A stretch of DNA of 64,000 nt from the human T2T-CHM13v2.0 reference genome, Homo sapiens, in NCBI RefSeq assembly GCF_009914755.1, contig NC_060942.1; one strand, given 5' to 3'. Both the position numbers and the translations under genes were made by a program. This document shows positions 27,650 through 40,131 of the stretch, piece by piece; the first letter of the stretch is position 1, and each line of letters begins with the position of its first letter. The notes beneath the pieces are model-generated. The model was not told the origin of the DNA and searched no databases. It worked only from the letters and a program-made list of their open reading frames with translations.

Positions 27650-29850
27650 TTCCCAGTGACCTCCCCCACCATTGGTCTTCAGCCATCCTTTCCCACAATT
27701 ATATCCATAACAGCTCCATCTCCAAAAGTGCTAACTCAGACATACTGTTCTCTGACCTCACCTCTTCTCCATGTAAGTGCTCCTACTTCAACCTCCAGAG
27801 CATTGATTTCTCTGCCTTCCCTCAATCTATAAGCCCTCTATTTTCATAACTCTCTTACCTAGCTAAGATTACATTTTACATCACTTCAATAATATCTTGA
27901 GATTTTTTTATTACATTCATTTGGCAAAAATCCAACCCTGAATAAATAAATCTGTTTTTTAATTTTTAATTTTTATGGTTACATAGTAGGTGTATATATT
28001 CATGGAGTACATGAGATGTTTTGATACAGGCATGCAATGCATAATAATCACATCATGGAGAATGGCATATCCATCCCCTCAAGAGTTTATCCTTTGTGTT
28101 ACAAACAATACAATTATACTCTTTTAGTTATTTTTAAATGTACAATTAAATTATTATTGACTATGTCACCCTGTTGTTGTATCAAATAGTAGGCCTTATT
28201 CATTATTTTAACCATTATCTTGTACCATTAAACATCCCCACCTCCCTCCCACTCCACCCCATCCCACTACTCCTCCCAGCCTTCGGTAACTATCCTTCCA
28301 TTGTCTTTCTGCATGAGTTCAACTGCTTGATTTTTACATCCCACAAATAAGTGAGAACATTCAACGTTCGTCTTTCTGTGCCTGGCTTATTTACTTAACA
28401 TAATGATTTCCAGTTCCATCCATGTTGTTGCAAATGACAGGATGTCATTTTTTTAAAATAGCTAAATAGTACTCCATTGTGTATAAGTGCTACATTTTCT
28501 TTAGCCATTCATCTGTTGATGGACACTTAGTCGGCTTCCAAATCTTGGCTAGTGTGAACGGTGCTGCAACAAACATGAGAGTGCAGATATCTCTTTGATA
28601 GACTGATTTTTCTTTCTTTTGGATATATACACATCAGTGGGGTTGCTAGATTATACAGTAGCTCTATTTTTGTTTTTTTGAGGAACCTCCAAACTGTTCT
28701 TCACAGTGGCTGTACTAATTCACAATTGTCCATTTTACCCAACTGAACACCAGTGAATAAACTTTCCCAACAAGGCGAATTAATTCCTCTACAAATTCAT
28801 GATCACCAAACTCAAAAGCAGTCTCAACTCTGCACATCAGTCTTACAACACTGCATTTCATATGCCTATTTAGGAATTTTTTTGCTCACCTCAAATCACT
28901 GAACGCTCCCAACTCAAGCTCCCTCCTTGCTTTCAGCATATGACTCACCTCCTACTTTACAGAGAAATTAGAAGCCATTGGTCAAGGACTCACTCATCCT
29001 CCTCATAGCAAATATGCAAATTGGCCACACCTGCCCTTATTTTATCATTCTCGCCTCCAGCCTGCATTCATGCTCCAGTTAAAGATTACACTCCCACCTC
29101 TGGATGCCATCTCCTCCCTCTTTCTCAGGGATACTACAGAATACAATAATCTGTTTTGTCTTTTCTGCCTTCCCACTGGATTTTTTCCCAATCTTTTTTT
29201 TTTTTTTGAGACAGAGCTCCCATTAAAGAAGACTCACTTTTAATCTTATCCTTCTACTCTCCTTGGAGAGTTGGAAAGTCAGGCTCTCAAAATAATTGTT
29301 AGTATTTGCTGTCCCTATTTTCTCTTCTTCCACTTACTGCTCAAACTACTCCAATCTGGCTTCTACTCCCATTGCTACATAGAAACATCCCTCACAAAGG
29401 TCATATAACCACATGTTCTTATTTTCTAGGCCTTCAAGCATCATTAAACTTCCTCCTTATCAAAACACTGTCCCTTTGACTAATAAGACACATAGCTTTT
29501 TAGTTTTTCTCCTAACACTCTGACCATCTCTTTTCTATTTTCTTTTCAGATTCACCCTTCTCTTCCTAACCATAAAATATCAGAGTTGCTCAAGGATACA
29601 TCTCAGGCCCTTTCTCTTTTTACTTGACATTTTCTCTTTAGGCGATCTCATTCAAGTGTGTGGCTTTAATTACAACTACATGCATACAGATTCATTATCT
29701 TATTTCTCCACTCCCAAAAATCTTTCTTCTGAGTCCCAGACTGTATGTCGACTATCAACTAGACATCCCCAAAGCAACTCAGACTCAGCTTGTTCCAAGT
29801 TAAGTTCATGATACGTTCTCAGTAATGTTTGTGGAATAAATGCACAGAAA
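27650..29850 (+). mobile_element. L2 (L2a-like) split by L1MA
   Basis: ctcctactttacagagaaattagaagcca, ccaatctggcttctactccc, ctcaggcccttttctctt, ggcgatctcattca...atgtttgtggaataaatg. Confidence 0.75.
27955..28725 (-). mobile_element. L1MA1-3 3' region
   Basis: tacatagtaggtgtatatatt...tacatgagatgttttgatacaggcatgcaatgcataataatcacatcatgg...ttgaggaacctccaaactgtt. Confidence 0.92.
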
Positions 29851-30673
29851 TGGCAATACCAACACAAAAATTCTATCAGTGTAGGAAAACTAAATCCAGA
29901 AGAGAGACAGCATTTTGGAAAAATCAGTTGTGAAAGCAGCAAATATCTGTGTACAGAAGAGAGTCTACAGACTAAATTGAGTAGATACAAACCTCAATTT
30001 TAATGAAAACAATAAACTGATGATAAAAATAATGGAGGTGAGGAAAAGGGGTATTGAATGACTAAAAAAGAGACTGAACCTGGACAAAGTAACAGTCCCC
30101 AACTGAAGATGGAACAACTTACTGACATTCATCTGTTAATAATCAAGAGTGAATATCGAATTAATGTCAATTAATTAATACCGGCATTCTATATATTGAT
30201 TAAAAACCATTTACCTCATGTAGCGTCTTCTTAAAAATTAGTACAGCTTCCTCCTTCCCCCTTCCCTGTCTCTAATATCTGTTGAAAGTGACCAGTATGG
30301 TTATGGGCCAAGCCAAGAAGGCAGCCAGGAAAAGGGGTATTCCTTCCAGTATCAAGAGTTTGTGTACATGCAGGAAAATTTATCTAACAAATGAGTGTAT
30401 CAGGAATACTAGGAGCAAAGTATTTCATTGTCAAAGAAGCGAATTACAAATATGGAAAGGGATAGTCTAGAATAATCCCTCTGATGTTGCATTGGAATTG
30501 GAGGAACAAAAGTGTACTCACAGTTTTTAATACACATAGAAAGATATCAAAATAAATATAGATATAAATACATATTATGTATATACATATTCTAATGTGT
30601 GCCTAAATTTAAAAACTGCTGATTCCCTCATACACACACTCACACATACACACATACACACACACACATTTAT

Positions 30674-30884
30674 CAGTGGATTGGGAGTTTTTAAAGATAA
30701 ATGTGCATCGCCAGAATCACTTGGAGAGCTTTTTAAAACACAAATTAAATTACTGCCCCCCACCCTCCCCCAGCCGCCAGAGTTTCTGATTCAGTGTGTC
30801 TGGGGTGGAGTCCAAGGACTTTCATTTCTAATAAGTTCCTAGGTAATGTGGATTTAGCTGATCAAGGGACAACACAAACCACTG
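30674..30884. mobile_element. MER5A
   Basis: cagtgg...cagaatcacttggagagcttt...ccagagtttctgattcagt...tctggggtgg...catttctaataagttcctaggt...aaccactg. Confidence 0.85.
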
Positions 30885-30900
30885 AATAAAGGCAAACACA

Positions 30901-30902
<2 letters not shown>

Positions 30903-30944
<42 letters not shown>
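30903..30944. repeat. (GT)21 microsatellite; an imperfect (CA)n at 30630-30668
   Basis: Directly visible. Confidence 0.97.
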
Positions 30945-30946
<2 letters not shown>

Positions 30947-31260
30947 TCCCAAGCTCTATCCTGGAAGAGGTCAAGAAGCAGTGATAGCCCAGTGGCAATA
31001 GCATGTCTGGCACCTGTATCATGGTTTTTAAAAACCATTCACTACTGAAAGGAATGAAGGCTCCTTTAAGAAATGGCTGATTCTGGAGCTGGAGCAAGAA
31101 AAGCAAGAACTGAACCTGGAACATCCTTTTCTGGAAAAAGTAAGGAAGTGCTCTAAGAATGACGGAACATGGCAAAATCACACACAAGCCAGCTTAAAGG
31201 AGCTCCTGCTGGCCAAATCTGGGACAATTTGAACATCAAAATAAATAATGGTAGTAACTT

Positions 31261-31570
31261 GGCCAGGTGCAGTGGCTCATGCCTGTAATCCCAGCACTTT
31301 GGGAGGCCAAGGTGGGCAGATCAAGCTGAAATCAGTTCAAGACCAGCCTGGCCAACATGGTGAAACCCTGTCTCTACTAAAAATACAAAAAAAAAAATAG
31401 CTGAGCATGGTAGTGTGCACCTATACTCCCAGCTACTCAGGAGGCTGAGGCAGGAGAATTTCTTGAACCAGGAGGTGGAGGTTGCAGTGAGCCAAGATCA
31501 CACCACTGCCCTCCAGCCTGGGTGATGGAGCAAGACTCCATCTCAAAATAAATAAATATATTAATTAATT
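31261..31570 (+). mobile_element. AluS, full length
   Basis: Dimeric Alu; TSD aaaataaataatgg(t/a)ag(t/c)aact. Confidence 0.95.
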
Positions 31571-31758
31571 AAAATAAATAATGGAAGCAACTGGTCATAA
31601 CCTATTGAAAACATATTCAATAAAGTAGGAACCCATGAATATATACTGATATAGTGTAGGCTCATAGTAGAATCCAAGTTAATATTGCTTATTTATTAAC
31701 AAATAATAAATAAGTATTAATTCACTTTATAATGAAGAGACCCCAAAAATACCATCTT

Positions 31759-32230
31759 GTGTGTGTAAATTTGGGGGGTACAAATGCAGTTTTTTTACAT
31801 GGATATATTTTATAGTGTAAAGTCTAGGCTTTTAGTGTAACCATCACTCAAATATTGTATGTTTTGTACCCATTCTGTAATTTCTTATCCCTCACCCCCT
31901 CCCACCCTCCTACCCTTCTAAGTCCCCAATGTCTATTCTTCCACATTCTATGTCATTGTGTACACATTCTTTAGCTCTCACTTAAAAGTAAGAACACACG
32001 TATTTGACTTTCTCTTTCTGAGTTATTTCACTTAAGATAATAGCCTCCAGTTCCATCCATATTCCTGCAAAAGACATGATTTCATTCCTTTTTGTGGCTG
32101 AGTAGTATTTTATTGTGTGTATATCTGTATATCACATTTTCTTTATCCAATCATCTGTTGATGAACACTTAGGTTGATTCCATATCTTTGCTATTGTGAA
32201 TAGTGCTGCTATAAATATATGGGTGTAGGT
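31759..32230 (-). mobile_element. L1PB (PB4-like) 3' end
   Basis: ggggtacaaatgcagttt..tacatggatatatt...ggcttttagtgtaaccatcac...cacttaagataatagcctccagttccatcca. Confidence 0.88.
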
Positions 32231-32694
32231 ATGGAAACCATCTCAACCAAAAGATAAAAGTTAACATCACCAGAAATGTGATGTGTGTCTCCTGAAATGG
32301 TGCAGAATACAGCATCATATTTGAAGTGTTCCTGACAAACATGCATGATCTCATTCATGAGGAAATATCAGATAAACCCAAGTTGAAAAACATTCTATAA
32401 TGTAACTGACCTATACTCTTCAGAAAAGTCAAAACCATGATAAGGAAAGACTGCTGGACTGTTCCAAATTGAAGAAGACTTAAAGAGACATTATAACTGA
32501 ATGAAATTTATAAATCTGGAGTATATCCTGGACATCATTAGGACAACTGGAAAAAGTTCAATGAATTCTGTGAATTAGTAACAACGTATCAATGTAACTT
32601 CCGATTTTGATGGCTGTACTGTGGTTATATAGAATTGTCTTTGAATGAAATATGTTCTAAAGTATTTAGAGGTAACAGGCAGCATGTCTGCAGT

Positions 32695-33252
32695 TATATC
32701 ACTCAGGGCTCTCCAGAGAGACAGAACTAATAGGATATAAGTATATAGGAAAGGGAGATTATTAGGGAGAATTAACTCACATGATCACAAGGTAAAGTCC
32801 CACAATAGACCGTCTGCAAGCTCAGGAGGTAGGAAGCCAGCAGTGGTTCAGTCCAAGTCCAAAAGCCTCAGAAGTAGGGAAGTCAACAGTGCAGCCCTCA
32901 GTCTGTGGCTGAAGGCCCAAGAGCCCCCTGCAAACCCCCTCATGTAAGTTCAAGAGTACAAAGGCCAAAGAATCTGGAGTCTGAGCATCCAGTGTGGGAG
33001 AAAGATGAAAGCCAGAAGACTGAGCAGGCCAGCTTATCTCACCTTCTTCCACCTGCTTTATTGTAGCCGTGCTGGCAGCTGATTGGATGCTGTCCACCCA
33101 TATTGAAGGTGGGTCTTCCTCTCCCAGTCCACTGACTCAAATGTTAATCTCCTCTGGCAACACCCTCACAGACACACCCAGAAACAATACTTTACCAGCT
33201 ATCCAGGCATCCTCCAATCCAATCAAGTTGACACCTAATATTAACCATCACA
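32695..33252 (-). mobile_element. MLT2B (ERVL) solo LTR
   Basis: cagggctctccagagagacagaactaatagga...ccagtccactgactcaaatgttaatctc...caagttgacacctaatattaaccatcaca. Confidence 0.92.
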
Positions 33253-34599
33253 GGGGCTTACTCTCAAATAGTTCAAGGAAAAAAAAATAGTAATAATATG
33301 TAGTGTATATGCATTTACAGAGAACCAGAATGATAAATCAAATGCAAAAATGACAAGAGTTGTGAATCTGAATGAGGGGCATACCAGAGTTCTTTACGAC
33401 CTTTCTGCAGTTTAAAATTATTTTTAAAAACCAAAATTAAAACAGCCTACCAAATTGATATGAATAGAAATGTTAACTTCCAGTTAATTCCAAACTTACA
33501 GTTCTGTTCTTGACCAGATTGTATTGAAAGACACTTTAAGAGGCAGAATAGGGTTGGTGTGTGACCTTGACATTTCATAGGTGTGAGTTTTAAGCAGAAT
33601 CCTAATGAAAACTTAATTTCTTTTAATCATGGGCTGATCTCTTCATACCTAGATTTATTTTCAGGCAAAACCGTAATGGTGTTATTGTCATTAACATTTA
33701 AATGCTTACCCTTTTCAACTCTGAATCATAATTTGGAAGAATTTTTGGACAGTTTTTTCCTTATTAACAGTTTAGTTTCGTAGCAGAACGTGAAACATGT
33801 TACATGCAGATATCATTTCCACTATAAACAGAGAAATACCTAATCTTCTCTCATTTTTGGCAATGTTTTCATTTAGATTTTTCTTTCCCTTTTCCTTTTC
33901 TTTCATCCTTTGAGGAGAAATAAATATGTTGCTGAAAAACAACCAAAAAATGCATATGCTGCCAACTCCTATGTATTCTGATGATTTGCTAGAGTTTTTT
34001 CCTAATCATGTAGACAAATTTGTTCTTTCCTTTGCCAAAATACAGGTTTATTATGACTTGTAATGTAGTAACTTTCCTCAAAAAAAAATTTTTACAGCCT
34101 TACCCAACCATACATCTTTATGTACCGAGCAACAACATGAATCACTGTCTAGGGAGTCACTGCATAAATAGAGATGTTAACATACTGGGTCACAGATAAA
34201 ATTGACTTAAACGTTTCTTTGATCTGCCTTTTAAATCCTCCTCTCTTTCTTGTGCCCTTGTGTCTGTAGATCACATTTCTATAAATTTCACATCATAGCA
34301 TATTTTCAGAAATAAAATGTGCAGATGTATAATTGTAGTTTACTGGAATAGCATCTCAGCTGGGAGTATTCTTTTGTGGTTGTTGTTATTACTATCCTTA
34401 AGCTAATACCATTTAACACTTACATGGTATTTAAAACATGCCGAACCGTCTTTATCCCCAAGACATCCTCCTTCTCCTGTGTCCCCAGTCTCAGCAAGAC
34501 TTTCTAGACAATTATCCATAAAGAAACTTGAGAGTCATATACATTTCCTTCCTCCCTTTCCATCCCCATGTAATAAACGTTAACTTGGGTTGATCCTGA

Positions 34600-36937
34600 T
34601 GATATGGTTTGGCTGTGTCCCCACCCATATCGCATCTTGAATTGTAGTTCCTATAATCTCCACATGTCATGGGAGGGACGAAATGGGAGGTAATTGAAAC
34701 ATGGGGATGGTTTCCCCCATGCTATTCTTGTGATAGTAAGTTCTCATGAGATCTGATGGTTTATAAGGGGCTTCCCCCTTTGCTTGGCTCTCATGTTTCT
34801 CTTGCATGCTGCCATGTGAAGCAGGACCTCTTTGCTTCCCCTTCTGCCATAATTGTAAGTTTCCTGAGGACTCCCCAGCCCTGTGGAACTGTGAGTCAAC
34901 TAAACCTCTTTCCTTTATAAATTACCCAGTCAGCACTAATATAGTAAATTTGTACCACAGAGGATAGGTTGCTGCTCTAAACATACCCAAAAATGTGGGA
35001 GCAACTTTGGAACTGGGTACCAGACAGAGGTTGGAACAGTTTCGACAGCTCAGAAGAAAACAGGAAAATGTAAGAAAGTCTGGAACTTCCTAGAGACTTG
35101 GAGGGCTCAGAAGACAGGAAGACGTGGGAAAGTTTGGAACTTCCTAGAGACTTCTTGAATGGCTTTGACCAAAATGCTGATAGTGATATGGACAATGAAG
35201 TCCAGGCTGAGATGGTCTCTGTTGGAGATGAGGAAATTGTTGGGAACTGGAGTAAAAGTCACTCTTGCTATGCAAAGAAACCAGTGGCATTTTGCCCCCA
35301 CCCTAGAGATCTGTGGAAATTTGAACTTGAGAGAGATGATTTAGGGTATCTGGTTGAAGAAATTTCTAAGGAGCAAAGTGTTCAAGAAATTACTTGGGTG
35401 CTGTTAAAATCATTCAGTTTTATGTATTCACAAAGATATAGTTTGGAATTGGAGCTTATGTTTAAAAGAGAAGCAGAGCATAAAAGTTCAGAAAATTTGC
35501 AGCCTGATGATGTGATAGAAAAGAAAAACCCATTTTCTGAGGAGAAATTCAAGCTGGCTGCAGATATTTGCATACAAAGTGAGGAGCCAAATGTTATTCA
35601 TCATGACAATAGGAAAAATGTCTCCAGGGCATGTCAGAGGTCTTCACAGCAGCCCTTCCCATCACGGGTTCAGAGGCCTTGAAGGAAAAAATGGTTTCGT
35701 GGACTGCCTGGGGCCTTGCTACTTTGTGCAGTCTTGGGACTTGGTACCCTGTGTCCCAGCCATGGGCAAAAGGGGCCAACATAGAGCTCAGGCTATTGCT
35801 TCAGATGGTGTAAGCCCCAAGCTTTGGTGGTTTACATGTGGTGTTGGGCCTGCAGGTGCACAGAAGTCAAGAATTGGGGTTTGGGAAGTTCCACCTAGAT
35901 TTCAGAGGACATATGGGCATGCCTGGATGTTCAGGCAGAAGTTTTCTGCAGGGGTGGAGCCCTCATTGAGAATCTCTACCAGTGCAGTGCAGAAGGGAAA
36001 TGTGGGATTGGAGCCTCCACACAGAGTCCCCACTGGGACACTGCCTAGTGGAGCTGTGAGAAGAGGGCCACCATACTCCAGACCCCAGAATGGTAGATCC
36101 ACCAGCAGCTTGCACCATTTTTGTGCCTGGAAAAAGCCACACACACTCAATGCCAGCCCATGAAAGCAAACAGGAGGTGGGATGTACCCTGCAAAGCAAC
36201 AGGGGTGGAGCTGCCCAAGGCCATGGGAGCCCACCTCTTGCATCTGCATGACTCCATGTGAGCATTTTGGAACTTTAAGGTTTAGTGACTGCCCTATTGA
36301 ATTCTGGACTTGCATGAGGCCTGTAGCCCCTTTTTTTGGCTAATTTTTCCCATTTGGAACAGGTGTGACCCATGCCTATACCCCCATTGTATCTAGGAAG
36401 TAACTAACTTGCTTCTGATTCTACAGGCTCATAGGCAGAAAGAACTTGTCTTCTGTCAGGTAAGACTTTGAACTTGGACTTTTGAGTTAATGCTGGAATG
36501 AGTTAAGACTTTGGGGGTCTGTTGGAAGGACATGATTGTGTTTTGAAATGCGAGGACATGAGATTTGTGAGGGGCCAGGGGTGGAATGATATGGGTGTCC
36601 TCACCCAAATCTCATCTTGAATTGTAGTTCTCATAATCCCCGCATGTCATGGGAGACCTTATGGGAGGTAATTGAATCATGGGTTGGTTTCCCGCAAACT
36701 ATTTTCGTAATAGTAAGTTCTCATAAGGTCTGGTGGTTTTATAAGGGGCTTCCCCCTTCATTCAGCTCTCATTCTTCTGTCTCCTGCAGCCCTGGGAAGA
36801 GGTGCCTTCCGCCATGATTGTAAGTTACCTGAGGCCTCCCCAGCCATGCAGAACTGTAAGTCAATTAAACTTTTTTTCTTTATAAATTACCCAGTCTTGG
36901 GCAGTTCTTTATAGCAGCATGAGAACGGACTAATACA
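34600..36937 (+). mobile_element. Full THE1 (THE1C/D-type MaLR) element: 5' LTR 34600-34943, internal 34944-36586, 3' LTR 36587-36937; inserted in an L2
   Basis: Both LTRs start tgatatgg and end ctaata(t/c)a. Polypurine tract gaggggccaggggtggaa before the 3' LTR. TSD cctga/cctgc. L2-like flanks at about 34430-34599 and 36940-37495. Confidence 0.95.
35098..36163 (+). pseudogene. Frameshifted remnant of the THE1/MaLR internal ORF
   Basis: WESLELPRDFLNGFDQNADSDMDNEVQAE...RDLWKFELERDDLGYLVEEISK is the MaLR-int ORF; a second 194-aa ORF overlaps it in another frame. Confidence 0.8.
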
Positions 36938-37998
36938 CCTGCCTTCACAACAGCTCTCTTATCCACCCCTCTGTATTCCCATTGCCCTGACTTGTTTCAG
37001 ACATGCAACCTTTCACTCCTGCCTTAGTCACATGTCTCCTCTCCCCTCCAGCTCCCTGCACAGCCCCCACCCACCCACACAGCAATCAGATTTATAACAG
37101 TCTGACAATCACATCTCTCTTTTACTTAAACCTTTAAAGGATTCCCTTTCCCTACAAACTACATACACTCCTTACCTGATCTAATTTTATTTCCATCTTC
37201 CTCTCCAGTCCTGGTTCTTGCTGTATGTAATCTTAGACCCTATACCCTTGACTTCAGTAATAATGAACACCTTACCTTTTCTTGAATATGTTCTAGTTCT
37301 ATGCTTACATTAATCTCTTTGCAATATCTTTATTCCTTATCACAAACTCAGTCCACTTATGTAGTTCTCAGTATCTATTTTATTTTACTGCACCTATAAG
37401 GTAGTAATTGTCTTACCACCACTTTTAAATCCCTAATACCCACAACAGTACCTGGCATACATTAGTCATTCAACACATAGATGCCAAATTACTAAATTCT
37501 GTATTTAAAAGTCCAAACTAGATGCTTTCTACATGACACCAATCCCAGTGGAAAATATATAGTGGCCATGTTAGGATACTAGAGATGTCCAGTCAAGGAA
37601 ATAACAAGACACTTCAGCCAGGAGTCAGGACACTCAGGAAAACAGTTGAGAAATTTTAACTCAGGGACAGAAATTTAGAAAGGATTTTACCAGGCAATAA
37701 AACTAATGAGAAAGCAAATGAAACTAGAAAGTAAGATACATGCAAAAGACAAAGGCCAAAAGATCACACCAATCTGGAAGTATTGCCTGGACAAAGAAGA
37801 ATTTGGAACATACAGGACACAGACCAAGCATGGAACAGAGCTGGGAACTCTATGAAGTCAAGAACCAGGAAATTGATGGGAGGAGCTGGCCAGAGGCATC
37901 CAAAAGAACAGAAAGCTTAAGGAAAAAAGCTCCTTTTTGGGTGGTGGTGCAAAGCAGTCAACGCCGCCCAATGCCTTGACTCAAACATATTTCACCTT

Positions 37999-38300
37999 GG
38001 CCAGGTGCAGTGGTACATGCCTGTAATCCCAGCACTTTGGGAGGCAAAGACTGGAGGATCACTTGAGGCCAGGAGTTTGAGACTAGCCTAGGCAACATAG
38101 CAAGACCCTTATCTCTACAAAAAAATTAAAACTTAGCCAGGAGTGGCAGTATGTGCCTGTAGTCTCAGCTACACAGTAGGCTGAAGCAGGAGGATGGTTT
38201 GAGCCCAGGAGATCAAGGTTACAGTGAGCTATGATTGTACCACTGCGCTCCAGCTTGGGCAACAGAGCAAGACCCTGTCTCTAAAAAAAATAAAAAATAT
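37999..38300 (+). mobile_element. AluJ, full length
   Basis: J diagnostics (ggcaacatagcaagaccc, gagcccaggag, gtgagctatgat); TSD ending ttcacctt. Confidence 0.93.
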
Positions 38301-39073
38301 AAAAGCACTTCACCTTCATGCAATCAGGGAGCTAAATTACCTTCAATATGAGCATCTTCACCTTTGAAAACTCTTCATGCTTCAAAGACTTGGTTTTTGT
38401 AAGTATAAGGTTATTCAATACCAATTCTAGTGAATGAGATGGGTGACCAAATTCACAGAAACACTTTTGGTCAGAAACAAGGTATGATCATGAAGTAATA
38501 AGATTGATTTTCCTCTGTAGCTCTGGCTGTAAAGGGAATCCCAAAAGAATAGTTTTTAAAAACATTTAAACATCTTAAGGTTTAGAACGGCATTACTGAG
38601 ATGAATGAACAGCCTCTCCCACCTCCCCCAAGGTGACTTCTTCCAAATAAGATAGAGTATACTTGGATACACATTTCAATGTGTTTGCTTAAAAATCAAT
38701 TGCATTAGGGGCTTTGCCCAGCATGCATACTACAGAGTATTAGCTCCATTGACAGGGGGCAAAAAATAATATTTCTGTGGGCATAGTAGTTTGGGAAATA
38801 ATGAGTTAAGTAAATTCTCTTTCCTGGCATTCTTTTCCTGGTCTTTTATATGGTGATGCACCTGTGGCTCTTCCCATAGTACTAGGATGCTTATTTGGTG
38901 ATTTGACCATTTCACAGAGCATCTCACAGGGCCAACCATTCCATGCAACACTCTTTGGTGAAGAGCTTCTAAGGAACAGAGATGAACCATAATCAAATTC
39001 TGAATTTTTGGTAAGTTATTTTCCAAAATATAAGTCAAAATGTATAGCAAATTTTATAAAACTTATATAACAC

Positions 39074-39155
39074 ATTATTTCCTCATCCAAAAATATTGGG
39101 ATAATAATGCCTACTTCATATACATATTGATCCTTAAATGAGCTAATGCATTTGG
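39074..39155 (+). mobile_element. MIR fragment
   Basis: tttcctcatc...gggataataatgcctacttcata...ttaaatgagctaatgcat. Confidence 0.65.
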
Positions 39156-39521
39156 AGCCTCACTGAAAAAGTCAACACTGAGGAACCAGAAAGATGAAAA
39201 AGAGAGTGCACATGCATACAAGAGGAAAAAAACACTAACACAAACATGCAAGATAAGTGGAAAGGGAAAAGGAACAGCAGCCAATGCTGTCCCATGCCTA
39301 GACCCAAACCCACTTCCTCACAGCAGGGCCAGGAAGCTACACTGCCTGCAATATGAGTATCTTCACCCTTGGAAACTCCTTATTCAGATCAAAGGTTTGG
39401 GCATGCTTTTTTTCAGATAGTTGTGGAGATTATAATTCTAGAATTCGACAACTTTTCTAAGCAAAGCCTGTTGAATATAAAGCTGTAGTCAGTGGCTATC
39501 TATCAAACATGAGTTGCGGGG

Positions 39522-40020
39522 TGTATTAGGCCATTCTTGCATTGCTACAAAAAAATGCCTGAGACTAGGTAATTTGTAAGAAAAGAGGTTTAATTGGCTC
39601 ATTGTTCTGCAGGCTGTACAGGAAGCGTAACATCAGCAACTGCTTCTGGGGAAGCCTCAGGAAGCTATAACGTTGACGCAAGAGTAATTGCGGGTTTTGC
39701 TATTGAAACTAAAACCACAATTACTTTTGCACCAACCTAATATACTCATGGTGGAAGGCAAAGGGGGACAAGTGAAACACGTGGTGGAAGCAGGAGCAAG
39801 AGTGAGAGAGAGAGAGAGAGAGAGAGTGGCGGGGGGAGGTGCCACACACTTTTAATTGACCAGATCTCTGGAGAACTCACTATCACAAAAACAGCACCAA
39901 GCCAAGCCATGAAATTTCTACCCCCATGATCCAAACACCTCCCACCAGGCCCCACTTCCAGCACTGGGGATTACAATTCAACATGAGATTTGGATGGGGA
40001 CAAATATCCGAACTATAACA
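39522..40020 (-). mobile_element. MSTB-type MaLR solo LTR containing a MADE1
   Basis: tgtattaggccattcttgcattgct...gaggtttaattggctca...ccatgatccaaacacctcccaccaggcccc...ttcaacatgagatttgg. Confidence 0.92.
39668..39740. mobile_element. MADE1 (Hsmar1 mariner MITE), TA TSD
   Basis: Right arm aaaaccacaattacttttgcaccaacctaa; diverged left arm taacgttgacgcaagagtaattgcgggttttgc; TA on both sides. Confidence 0.9.
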
Positions 40021-40131
40021 AGAGGGAATGAGGAAAGGCCCGCCCAACAAAGCAGGAAACCCCAGGAACCTGCCACTCTACATTTAATGCCTGCTCAGCA
40101 TTGCAACTGTTCTTTAAAAGGTAATCCACAA

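Larger units (their letters stand above)
30375..33443 (+). mobile_element. L1MC/L1MD-type 3' UTR hosting MER5A, AluS, L1PB and MLT2B
   Basis: ttacaaatatggaaaggg, gaaatggctgattct, ggccaaatctgggacaatttgaacatcaaaataaataatg, ctgttccaaattgaagaagact, cttactctcaaatagttca. Confidence 0.8.

Noticed and set aside
35045-35153. 53-bp tandem duplication in the THE1 internal region as a novel feature
   Set aside because: From memory this duplication is shared by many THE1C/D internal sequences, so it is likely inherited from the family.
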